From Eledone cirrhosa (Eukaryota), in NCBI GenBank assembly GCA_964016885.1, contig OZ024740.1, forward strand, positions 137,578,001 through 137,642,000: a stretch of DNA of 64,000 bases, in the 5' to 3' direction. Positions 12,801 through 25,200 of the stretch are shown here, one piece after another. The position numbers and the translations under genes are program-made. Each line of letters opens with the position of its first letter. The stretch's first letter is position 1. The notes under the pieces were generated by a model. It searched no databases. It was not told the DNA's origin and was given only the letters and a program-made list of their open reading frames with translations.

Positions 12801-15400
12801 ATCACTTATCACTTTTTTCTCAATCTCCAATTCTCTCTTTCTCTTATCACTTTTCTCTCAATCTCCAATTCTCTCTTTCTCTTATCACTTTTCCCCCAAT
12901 CTCCAATTCTCTCTTTCTATTATCACTTTTCTCTCAATCTCCAATTCTCTCTTTCTCTTATCACCTTTCTCTCAATATCCGAATCTCTCTTTCTCTTCTC
13001 ACTTTTCTCCCAATCTCCAATTCTCTCTTTCTCTTCTCACTTTTCCCCCAATCTCCAATTCTCTCTTTCTCTCATCACTTTTCTCTCAATCTCCAATTCT
13101 CTCTTTCTCTTATCACTTTTCTCTCAATCTCCAATTCTCTCTTTCTCTTATCACTTTTCCCCGATCTCCAATTCTCTCTTTCTCTTATCACTTTTCTCTC
13201 AATCTCCAATTCTCTCTTTCCCTTATCACTTTTCTCTCAATCTCCAATTCTCTCTTTCTCAAATCACTTTTCTCTCACTCTCCAATTCTCTCTTTCTCTT
13301 ATGACTTTTCCCCCAATCTCCAATTCTCTCTTTCTCTTATCACTTTTCTCTCAATCTCCTATTCTCTCTTTCTCTTATCACTTTTCTCTCACTCTCCAAT
13401 CCTCTCTTTCTCTTATGACTTTTCCCCCAATCTCCAATTCTCTCTTTCTCTTATCCCTTTTCTCTCAATCTCCAATTTCTCTTTCTTTTCTCACTTTTCC
13501 CCCAACCTCCAATTCTCTCTTTCTCTTCACACTTTTCACCCAATCTCCAATTCTCTCTTTCTCTTATCACTTTTCTCTCAATCTCCAATTCTCTCTTTCT
13601 CTTATCACTTTTCCCCCAATCTCCAATTCTCTCTTTCTCTACACACAAATCCCCTAATCTCCAATTCTCTCTTTCACTTATCAATTTTCTCCCAACCTCC
13701 AATTCTCTCTTTCTCTTATCACTTTTCTCTCAATCTCCAATTCCCTCTTTCTCTTATCACTTTTCTCTCAATCTCTAATTCTCTCTTTCTCTCATCACTT
13801 TTCCCCCAATCTCCAATTCTCTCTTTCTCTTATCACTTTTCTCTCAATCTCCAATTCTCTCTTTCTCTTATCACTTTTCCCCCAATCTCCAATTCTCTCT
13901 TTCTCTTATCACTTTTCTCGCACTCTCCAATTCTTTATTTCTCTTATGACGTTTCCCCAATCTCCAATTCTCTCTTTCTCTTATCACTTTTCCCCCCAAT
14001 CTCCAATTCTCTCTTTCTCTTATCACTTTTCTCTCACTCTCCAATTCTCTCTTTCTCTTATGACTTTTCCCCCAATCTCCAATTCTCTCTTTCTCTTATC
14101 CCTTTTCTCTCAATCTCCAATTCTCTCTTTCTTTTCTCAATTTTCCCCCAATCTCCAATTCTCTCTTTCTCTTCACAATTTTCCCCCAATCTCCAATTCT
14201 CTCTTTCTCTTATCACTTTTCCCCCAATCTCCAATTCTCTCTTTCTCTTATCCCTTTTCTCTCAATCTCCAATTCTCTCAATCTCTTATCACTTTTCTCT
14301 CAATCTCCAATTCCCTCTTTCTCTTGTCACTTTTCTCTCAATCTCTAATTCTCTCTTTCTCTTATCACTTTTCTCTCAATCTCTAATTCTCTCTTTCTCT
14401 TATCACTTTTCTCTCAATCTCCAATTCTCTCTTTCTCTTATCACTTTTCCACCAATCTCCAGTTCTCTCTTTCTCTTATCACTTTTCTCTCAATCTCCAA
14501 TTCTCTCTTTCTCTTATCACTTTTCCCCCAATCTCCAATTCTCTCTTTCTCTAATCACTTTTCTCTCACTCTCCAATTCTCTATTTCTCTTATGACTTTT
14601 CCCCCAATCCCCAATTCTCTCTTTCTATTATCAATTTTCTCTCAATCTCCAATTCTTTCTTTCTCTAATCACTTTTCCCCCAATCTCCAATTCTCTCTCT
14701 TTCTCTTATCACTTTTCTCTCAATCTCCAATTCTCTCTTTCTCTTATCACTTTTCCCCCAATCTCCAATTCTCTCTTTCTCTTCTCACTTTTCTCTGAAT
14801 CTCCAATTCTCTCTTTGTCTTCTCACTTTTCTGTCAATCTCCAATCCTCTCTTTCAGTTCTCAGTTTACCCCCAATCTCCAATTCTCTCATTCTCTCATC
14901 CCTTTTCTCTCAATCTCCAATTCTCTCAATCTCTTATCACTTTTCTCTCAATCTCCAATTCCCTCTTTCTCTTATCACTTTTCTCTCAATCTGTAATTCT
15001 CTCTTTCTCTTATCACTTTTCTCTCAACTCCAATTCTCTCTTTCTCTTACCACTTTTCCCCCATCTCCAATTCTCTCTTTCTCTTATCACTTTTCTCTCA
15101 ATCTCCAATTCTCTCTTTCTCTTATCACTTTTCTCTCAATCTACAATTCTCTCTTTCTCTTATCACTTTTCTCTCAATCTCCAATTCTCTCTTTCTCTTA
15201 TCACTTTTCTCTCAATCTCCAATTCTCTCTTTCTCTTATCACTTTTCCCCCAATCTCCAATTCTCTCTTTCTCTTATCACTTTCCTCTCACTCTCCAATT
15301 CTCTCTTTCTCTTATGACTTTTCCCCCAATCTCCAATTCTCTCTTTCTCTTATCAATTTTCTCTCAATCTCCAATTCTTTCTTTCTCTAATCACTTTTCC
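1..15400. repeat. Domain A: irregular ~2.9-3.1 kb higher-order repeat (~77-82 monomers), about 5 copies
   Basis: Marker CTGAAATCAC occurs at 1412, 4450, 7373 and 10336, with homologue CTCAAATCAC at ~13258 (spacings 3038, 2923, 2963, ~2922). CTCCAAGTCT occurs at 1093, 4131, 7055 and 10018. Paired ORFs: 1493/4531, 2405/5443, 6120/9083, 7454/10417. Confidence 0.9.
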
Positions 15401-15699
15401 CCCAATCTCCAATTCTCTCTTTCTCTTATCACTTTTCTCTCAATCTCCAATTCTCCTTTTCACTTATCACTTTTTTCTCAATCTCCAATTCTCTCTTTCT
15501 CTTATCACTTTTCTCTCAATCTCCAATTCTCTCTTTTTCTTATCACTTTTCCCCCAATCTCCAATTCTCTCTTTCTCTCATCACTTTTCTCTCAATCTCC
15601 AATTCTCTCTTTCTCTTATCACTTTTCTCTCAATCTCCAATTCTCTCTTTCTCTTCTCACATTTCCCCAATCTCCAATTCTCTCTTTCTCTCATCACTT

Positions 15700-18600
15700 T
15701 TCTCTCAATCTCCAATTCTCTCTTTCTCTCCTCACTTTTCTCTGAATCTCCAATTCTCTCTTTATCGTCTCACTTTTCTCTCAATCTCCAATCCTCTCTT
15801 TCTGTTCTCAGTTTACTCCCAATCTCCAATTCTCTCTTTCTCTTATCACTTTTCTCTCACTCTCCAATTCTCTATTTCTCTTATGACGTTTCCCCCAATC
15901 CCCAATTCTCTCTTTCTATTATCAATTTTCTCTCAATCTCCAATTCTTTCTTTCTCTAATCACTTTTCCCCCAATCTCCAATTCTCTCTCTTTCTCTTAT
16001 CACTTTTCTCTCAATCTCCAATTCTCTCTTTATCTTCTCACTTTTCTCTCAATCTCCAATCCTCTCTTTCTGTTCTCAGTTTACCCCCAATCTCCAATTC
16101 TCTCTTTCTCTCATCACTTTTCTCTCAATCTCCAATTCTCTCTTTCTCTTATCACTTTTCCCCCCAATCTCCAATTCTCTCTTTCTCTTATCACTTTACT
16201 CTCACTCTCCAATTCTCTCTTTCTCTTATCCCTTTTCTCTCAATCTCCAATTCTCTCTTTCTTTTCTCACTTTTCCCCCAATCTCCAATTCTCTATTTCT
16301 CTACACACAAATCCCCTAATCTCCAATTCTCTCTTTCACTTATGAATTTTCTCTCAAACTCCAATTCTCTCTTTCTCTTATCACTTTTCTCTCAATCTCC
16401 AATTCTCTCAATCTCTTATCACTTTTCTCTCAATCTCCAATTCTCTCTTTCTCTTATCCCTTTTCTCTCAATCTCCAATTCTCTCTTTCTTTTCTCACTT
16501 TTCCCCCAATCTCCAATTCTCTATTTCTCTACACACAAATCACCTAATCTCCAATTCTCTCTTTCACTTATGAATTTTCTCTCAAACTCCAATACTCTCT
16601 TTCTCTTATCACTTTTCTCTCAATCTACAATTCCCTCTTTCTCTTATCACTTTTCTCTCAATCTCTAATTCTCTCTTTCTCTTATCACTTTTCTCTCACT
16701 CTCCAATTCTCTATTTCTCTTATGACGTTTCCCCCAATCCCCAATTCTCTCTTTCTATTATCAATTTTCTCTCAATCTCCAATTCTCTCTCTTTCTCTTA
16801 TCACTTTTCTCTCAATCTCCAATTCTCTCTTTATCTTCTCACTTTTCTCTCAATCTCCAATCCTCTCTTTCTGTTCTCAGTTTACCCCCAATCTCCAATT
16901 CTCTCTTTCTCTCATCACTTTTCTCTCAATCTCCAATTCTCTCTTTCTCTTATCACTTTTCCCTCCAATCTCCAATTCTCTCATTCTCTTATCACTTTAC
17001 TCTCACTCTCCAATTCGCTCTTTCTCTTATGACTTTTCCCCCAATCTCCAATTCTCTCTTTCTCTTATCCCTTTTCCCTCAATCTCCAATTTTCTCTTTC
17101 TTTTCTCACTTTTCCTCCAATCTCCAATTCTCTATTTCTCTACACACAAATCCCCTAATCTCCAATTCTCTCTTTCACTTATGAATTTTCTCTCAAACTC
17201 CAATTCTCTCTTTCTCTTATCACTTTTCTCTCAATCTCCAATTCTCTCAATCTCTTATCACTTTTCTCTCAATCTCCAATTCCCTGTTTCTCTTATCACT
17301 TTTCTCTCACTCTCCAATTCTCTATTTCTCTTATGACGTTTCACCCAATCCCCAATTCTCTCTTTCTATTATCAATTTTCTCTCAATCTCCAATTCTTTC
17401 TTTCTCTAATCACTTTTCCCCCAATCTCCAATTCTCTCTCTTTCTCTTATCACTTTTCTCTCAATCTCCAATTCTCTCTTTATCTTCTCACTTTTCTCTC
17501 AATCTCCAATCCTCTCTTTCTGTTCTCAGTTTACCCCCAATCTCCAATTCTCTCTTTCTCTCATCACTTTTCTCTCAATCTCCAATTCTCTCTTTCTCTT
17601 ATCACTTTTCCCCCCAATCTCCAATTCTCTCTTTCTCTTATCACTTTACTCTCACTCTCCAATTCGCTCTTTCTCTTATGACTTTTCCCCCAATCTCCAA
17701 TTCTCTCTTTCTCTTATGCCTTTTCTCTCAATCTCCAATTCTCTCTTTCTTTTCTCACTTTTCCCCCAATCTCCAATTCTCTATTTCTCTACACACAAAT
17801 CCCCTAATCTCCAATTCTCTCTTTCACTTATGAATTTTCTCTCAAACTCCAATTCTCTCTTTCTCTTATCACTTTTCTCTCAATCTCCAATTCTCTCAAT
17901 CTCTTATCACTTTTCTCTCAATCTCCAATTCTCTCTTTCTCTTATCCCTTTTCTCTCAATCTCCAATTCTCTCTTTCTTTTCTCACTTTTCCCCCAATCT
18001 CCAATTCTCTATTTCTCTACACACAAATCCCCTAATCTCCAATTCTCTCTTTCACTTATGAATTTTCTCTCAAACTCCAATACTCTCTTTCTCTTATCAC
18101 TTTTCTCTCAATCTACAATTCCCTCTTTCTCTTATCACTTTTCTCTCAATCTCTAATTCTCTCTTTCTCTCATCACTTTTCCCCCAATCTCCAATTCTCT
18201 CTTTCTCTTATCACTTTTCTCTCAATCTCCAATTTTCTCTTTCTCTTATCACTTTTCCCCAAATCTCCAATTCTCTCTTTCTCTTATCACTTTTCTCTCA
18301 CTCTCCAATTCTCTATTTCTCTTATGACGTTTCCCCCAATCCCCAATTCTCTCTTTCTATTATCAATTTTCTCTCAATCTCCAATTCTCTCTCTTTCTCT
18401 TATCACTTTTCTCTCAATCTCCAATTCTCTCTTTATCTTCTCACTTTTCTCGCAATCTCCAATCCTCTCTTTCTGTTCTCAGTTTACCCCCAATCTCCAA
18501 TTCTCTCTTTCTCTCATCACTTTTCTCTCAATCTCCAATTCTCTCTTTCTCTTATCACTTTTCCCCCCAATCTCCAATTCTCTCATTCTCTTATCACTTT

Positions 18601-20300
18601 ACTCTCACTCTCCAATTCGCTCTTTCTCTTATGACTTTTCCCCCAATCTCCAATTCTCTCTTTCTCTTATCCCTTTTCCCTCAATCTCCAATTTTCTCTT
18701 TCTTTTCTCACTTTTCCTCCAATCTCCAATTCTCTATTTCTCTACACACAAATCCCCTAATCTCCAATTCTCTCTTTCACTTATGAATTTTCTCTCAAAC
18801 TCCAATTCTCTCTTTCTCTTATCACTTTTCTCTCAATCTCCAATTCTCTCAATCTCTTATCACTTTTCTCTCAATCTCCAATTCCCTGTTTCTCTTATCA
18901 CTTTTCTCTCAATCTCTAATTCTCTCTTTCTCTTATCACTTTTCTCTCAATCTCCAATTCTCTCTTTCTCTTATCACTTTTCTCTCAATCTCCAATTCTC
19001 TCTTTCTCTTATCACTTTTCCCCCAATCTCCAATTCTCTCTTTCTCTTATCACTTTTCTCTCACTCTCCAATTCTCTCTTTCTCTTATCAATTTTCTCTC
19101 AATCTCCAATTCTTTCTTTCTCTAATCACTTTTCCCCCAATCTCCAATTCTCTCTTTCTCTTATCATTTTTCTCTCAATCTCCAATTCTCCTTTTCACTT
19201 ATCACTTTTTTCTCAATCTCCAATTCTCTATTTCTCTTATCACTTTTCTCTCAATCTCCAATTCTCTCTTTCTCTTATCACTTTTCCCCCAATCTCCAAT
19301 TCTCCCTTTCTCTCATCACTTTTCTCTCAATCTCCAATTCTCTCTTTCTCTCATCACTTTTCTCTCAAACTCCAATTCTCTCTTTCTCTTATCACTTTTT
19401 CCCCAATCTCCAATTCTCTCTTTCTCTTCTCACATTTCCCCCAATCTCCAATTCTCTCTTTCTCTCATCACTTTTCTCTCAATCTCCAATTCTCTCTTTC
19501 TCTCCTCACTTTTCTCTGAATCTCCAATTCTCTCTTTATCGTCTCACTTTTCTCTCAATCTCCAATCCTCTCTTTCTGTTCTCAGTTTACTCCCAATCTC
19601 CAATTCTCTCTTTCTCTTATCACTTTTCTCTCACTCTCCAATTCTCTATTTCTCTTATGACGTTTCCCCCAATCCCCAATTCTCTCTTTCTATTATCAAT
19701 TTTCTCTCAATCTCCAATTCTTTCTTTCTCTAATCACTTTTCCCCCAATCTCCAATTCTCTCTCTTTCTCTTATCACTTTTCTCTCAATCTCCAATTCTC
19801 TCTTTATCTTCTCACTTTTCTCTCAATCTCCAATCCTCTCTTTCTGTTCTCAGTTTACCCCCAATCTCCAATTCTCTCTTTCTCTCATCACTTTTCTCTC
19901 AATCTCCAATTCTCTCTTTCTCTTATCACTTTTCCCCCCAATCTCCAATTCTCTCTTTCTCTTATCACTTTACTCTCACTCTCCAATTCGCTCTTTCTCT
20001 TATGACTTTTCCCCCAATCTCCAATTCTCTCTTTCTCTTATCCCTTTTCTCTCAATCTCCAATTCTCTCTTTCTTTTCTCACTTTTCCCCCAATCTCCAA
20101 TTCTCTATTTCTCTACACACAAATCCCCTAATCTCCAATTCTCTCTTTCACTTATGAATTTTCTCTCAAACTCCAATTCTCTCTTTCTCTTATCACTTTT
20201 CTCTCAATCTCCAATTCTCTCAATCTCTTATCACTTTTCTCTCAATCTCCAATTCCCTCTTTCTCTTATCACTTTTCTCTCAATCTCTAATTCTCTCTTT
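15700..20300. repeat. Short-period (~0.6-1.6 kb) reiteration of variant cassettes at the start of domain B
   Basis: The ATGACGTT cassette starts at 15883, 16722, 17333, 18324 and 19657. ORFs 16722 and 18324 share a near-identical N-terminal ~200 aa (offset 1602). The ACACACAAAT monomer occurs 7 times between 16.3 and 20.2 kb. Confidence 0.8.
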
Positions 20301-20399
20301 CTCTTATCACTTTTCTCTCAATCTCCAATTCTCTCTTTCTCTTATCACTTTTCCCCCAATCTCCAATTCTCTCTTTCTCTTATCACTTTTCTCTCAATC

Positions 20400-23300
20400 T
20401 CCAATTCTCTCTTTCTCTTATCACTTTTCCCCCAATCTCCAATTCTCTCTTTCTCTTATCACTTTTCTCTCACTCTCCAATTCTCTCTTTTTCTTATGAC
20501 TTTTCCCCCAATCTCCAATTCTCTCTTTCTCTTATCAATTTTCTCTCAATCTCCAATTCTTTCTTTCTCTAATCACTTTTCCCCCAATCTCCAATTCTCT
20601 GTTTCTCTTATCACTTTTCTCTCAATCTCCAATTCTCCTTTTCACTTTTCACTTTTTTCTCAATCTCCAATTCTCTCTTTCTCTTATCACTTTTCTCTCA
20701 ATCTCCAATTCTCTCTTTCTCTTATCACTTTTCCCCCAATCTCCAATTCTCTCTTTCTCTCATCACTTTTCTCTCAATCTCCAATTCTCTCTTTCTCTTA
20801 TCACTTTTCTCTCAATCTCCAATTCTCTCTTTCTCTTATCACTTTTCCCCCAATCTCCAATCCTCTCTTTCTCTTATCACTTTTCTCTCACTCTCCAATT
20901 CTCTCTTTCTCTTATGACTTTTCCCCCAATCTCCAATTCTCTCTTTCTCTTATCAATTTTCTCTCAATCTCCAATTCTTTCTTTCTCTAATCACTTATCC
21001 CCCAATCTCCAATTCTCTCTTTCTCTTATCACTTTTCTCTCAATCTCCAATTCTCCTTTTCACTTATCACTTTTCTCTCAATCTCCAATTCTCTCTTTCT
21101 CTTATCACTTTTCTCTCAACTCCAATTCTCTCTTTCTCTTATCACTTTTCCCCCAATCTCCAATTCACTCTTTCTCTCATCACTTTTCTCTCAATCTCCA
21201 ATTCTCTCTTTCTCTTATCACTTTTCTCTCAATCTCCAATTCTCTCTATCTCTCATCACTTTTTCCCCAATCTCCAATTCTCTCTTTCTCTTCTCACATT
21301 TCCCCCAATCTCCAATTCTCTCTTTCTCTCATCACTTTTCTCTCAATCTCCAATTCTCTCTTTCTCTCCTCACTTTTCTCTCAAACTCCAATTCTCTCTT
21401 TCTCTTATCACTTTTCTCTCAATCTCCAATTCCCTCTTTCTCTTATCACTTTTCTCTCAATCTCTAATTCTCTCTTTCTCTTATCACTTTTCTCTCAATC
21501 TCCAATTCTCTCTTTCTCTTATCACTTTTCCCCCAATCTCCAATTCTCTCTTTCTCTTATCACTTTTCTCTCAATCTCCAATTCTCTCTTTCTCTTATCA
21601 CTTTTCCCCCAATCTCCAATTCTCTCTTTCTCTTATCACTTTTCTCTCACTCTCCAATTCTCTCTTTTTCTTATGAATTTTCCCCCAATCTCCAATTCTC
21701 TCTTTCTCTTATCAATTTTCTCTCAATCTCCAATTCTTTCTTTCTCTAATCACTTTTCCCCCAATCTCCAATTCTCTCTTTCTCTTATCACTTTTCTCTC
21801 AATCTCCAATTCTCCTTTTCACTTATCACTTTTTTCTCAATCTCCAATTCTCTCTTTCTCTTATCACTTTTCTCTCAATCTCCAATTCTCTCTTTCTCTT
21901 ATCACTTTTCCCCCAATCTCCAATTCTCTCTTTCTCTCATCACTTTTCTCTCAATCTCCAATTCTCTCTTTCTCTTATCACTTTTCCCTCAATCTCCAAT
22001 TCTCTCTTTCTCTTATCACTTTTTCCCCAATCTCCAATTCTCTCTTTCTCTTCTCACATTTCCCCCAATCTCCAATTCTCTCTTTCTCTCATCACTTTTC
22101 TCTCAGTCTCCAATTCTCTCTTTCTTTTCTCACTTTTCCCCAATTTCCAATTCTCTATTTCTCTACACACAAATCCCCTAATCTCCAATTCTCTCTTTCA
22201 CTTATGAATTTTCTCTCAAACTCCAATTCTCTCTTTCTCTTATCACTTTTCTCTCAATCTCCAATTCCCTCTTTCTCTTATCACTTTTCTCTCAATCTCT
22301 AATTCTCTCTTTCTCTTATCACTTTTCTCTCAATCTCCAATTCTCTCTTTCTCTTATCACTTTTCCCCCAATCTCCAATTCTCTCTTTCTCTTATCACTT
22401 TTCTCTCAATCTCCAATTCTCTCTTTCTCTTATCACTTTTCCCCCAATCTCCAATTCTCTCTTTCTCTTATCACTTTTCTCTCACTCTCCAATTCTCTCT
22501 TTTTCTTATGACTTTTCCCCCAATCTCCAATTCTCTCTTTCTCTTATCAATTTTCTCTCAATCTCCAATTCTTTCTTTCCCTAATCACTTTTCCCCCAAT
22601 CTCCAATTCTCTCTTTCTCTTATCACTTTTCTCTCAATCTCCAATTCTCCTTTTCACTTATCACTTTTTTCTCAATCTCCAATTCTCTCTTTCTCTTATC
22701 ACTTTTCTCTCAATCTCCAATTCTCTCTTTCTCTTATCACTTTTCCCCCAATCTCCAATTCTCTCTTTCTCTTATCACTTTTCTCTCAATCTCCAATTCT
22801 CTCTTTCTCTTATCACTTTTCCCCCAATCTCCAATTCTCTCTTTCTCTTATCACTTTTCTCTCACTCTCCAATTCTCTCTTTTTCTTATGACTTTTCCCC
22901 CAATCTCCAATTCTCTCTTTCTCTTATCAATTTTCTCTCAATCTCCAATTCTTTCTTTCTCTAATCACTTTTCCCCCAATCTCCAATTCTCTGTTTCTCT
23001 TATCACTTTTCTCTCAATCTCCAATTCTCCTTTTCACTTTTCACTTTTTTCTCAATCTCCAATTCTCTCTTTCTCTTATCACTTTTCTCTCAATCTCCAA
23101 TTCTCTCTTTCTCTTATCACTTTTCCCCCAATCTCCAATTCTCTCTTTCTCTCATCACTTTTCTCTCAATCTCCAATTCTCTCTTTCTCTTATCACTTTT
23201 CTCTCAATCTCCAATTCTCTCTTTCTCTTATCACTTTTCCCCCAATCTCCAATTCTCTCTTTCTCTTATCACTTTTCTCTCACTCTCCAATTCTCTCTTT

Positions 23301-25200
23301 CTCTTATGACTTTTCCCCCAATCTCCAATTCTCTCTTTCTCTTATCAATTTTCTCTCAATCTCCAATTCTTTCTTTCTCTAATCACTTATCCCCCAATCT
23401 CCAATACTCTCTTTCTCTTATCACTTTTCTCTCAATCTCCAATTCTCCTTTTCACTTATCACTTTTCTCTCAATCTCCAATTCTCTCTTTCTCTTATCAC
23501 TTTTCTCTCAACTCCAATTCTCTCTTTCTCTTATCACTTTTCCCCCAATCTCCAATTCTCTCTTTCTCTCATCACTTTTCTCTCAATCTCCAATTCTCTC
23601 TTTCTCTTATCACTTTTCTCTCAATCTCCAATTCTCTCTATCTCTCATCACTTTTTCCCCAATCTCCAATTCTCTCTTTCTCTTCTCACATTTCCCCCAA
23701 TCTCCAATTCTCTCTTTCTCTCATCACTTTTCTCTCAATCTCCAATTCTCTCTTTCTCTCCTCACTTTTCTCTCAAACTCCAATTCTCTCTTTCTCTTAT
23801 CACTTTTCTCTCAATCTCCAATTCCCTCTTTCTCTTATCACTTTTCTCTCAATCTCTAATTCTCTCTTTCTCTTATCACTTTTCTCTCAATCTCCAATTC
23901 TCTCTTTCTCTTATCACTTTTCCCCCAATCTCCAATTCTCTCTTTCTCTTATCACTTTTCTCTCAATCTCCAATTCTCTCTTTCTCTTATCACTTTTCCC
24001 CCAATCTCCAATTCTCTCTTTCTCTTATCACTTTTCTCTCACTCTCCAATTCTCTCTTTTTCTTATGAATTTTCCCCCAATCTCCAATTCTCTCTTTCTC
24101 TTATCAATTTTCTCTCAATCTCCAATTCTTTCTTTCTCTAATCACTTTTCCCCCAATCTCCAATTCTCTCTTTCTCTTATCACTTTTCTCTCAATCTCCA
24201 ATTCTCCTTTTCACTTATCACTTTTTTCTCAATCTCCAATTCTCTCTTTCTCTTATCACTTTTCTCTCAATCTCCAATTCTCTCTTTCTCTTATCACTTT
24301 TCCCCCAATCTCCAATCCTCTCTTTCTCTCATCACTTTTCTCTCAATCTCCAATTCTCTCTTTCTCTTATCACTTTTCCCTCAATCTCCAATTCTCTCTT
24401 TCTCTTATCACTTTTTCCCCAATCTCCAATTCTCTCTTTCTCTTCTCACATTTCCCCCAATCTCCAATTCTCTCTTTCTCTCATCACTTTTCTCTCAATC
24501 TCCAATTCTCTCTTTCTTTTCTCACTTTTCCCCCAATTTCCAATTCTCTATTTCTCTACACACAAATCCCCTAATTTCCAATTCTCTCTTTCACTTATGA
24601 ATTTTCTCTCAAACTCCAATTCTCTCTTTCTCTTATCACTTTTCTCTCAATCTCCAATTCCCTCTTTCTCTTATCACTTTTCTCTCAATCTCTAATTCTC
24701 TCTTTCTCTTATCACTTTTCTCTCAATCTCCAATTCTCTCTTTCTCTTATCACTTTTCCCCCAATCTCCAATTCTCTCTTTCTCTTATCACTTTTCTCTC
24801 AATCTCCAATTCTCTCTTTCTCTTATCACTTTTCCCCCAATCTCCAATTCTCTCTTTCTCTTATCACTTTTCTCTCACTCTCCAATTCTCTCTTTTTCTT
24901 ATGACTTTTCCCCCAATCTCCAATTCTCTCTTTCTCTTATCAATTTTCTCTCAATCTCCAATTCTTTCTTTCTCTAATCACTTTTCCCCCAATCTCCAAT
25001 TCTCTCTTTCTCTTATCACTTTTCTCTCAATCTCCAATTCTCCTTTTCACTTATCACTTTTTTCTCAATCTCCAATTCTCTCTTTCTCTTATCACTTTTC
25101 TCTCAATCTCCAATTCTCTCTTTCTCTTATCACTTTTCCCCCAATCTCCAATTCTCTCTTTCTCTCATCACTTTTCTCTCAATCTCCAATTCTCTCTTTC
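20400..25200. repeat. 2392-bp (63-monomer) tandem duplication
   Basis: CTGTTTCTCT occurs at ~20599 and ~22991, and CACTTATCC at ~20992 and ~23384. ORF starts 20914/23306 and 22508/24901. Confidence 0.85.

Noticed and set aside
7454-13657. Operon-like ATGA stop/start overlaps (8176-8179, 11709-11712, 13301-13304, and many later)
   Set aside because: One C->G variant (TTATCAC->TTATGAC) creates ATG and TGA simultaneously. There is no purine-rich ribosome-binding site, so this is not translational coupling.
13451-13702. 83-aa charged - strand ORF
   Set aside because: A chance run of monomers lacking an in-frame TGATAA; it is a reverse translation of the same repeat.
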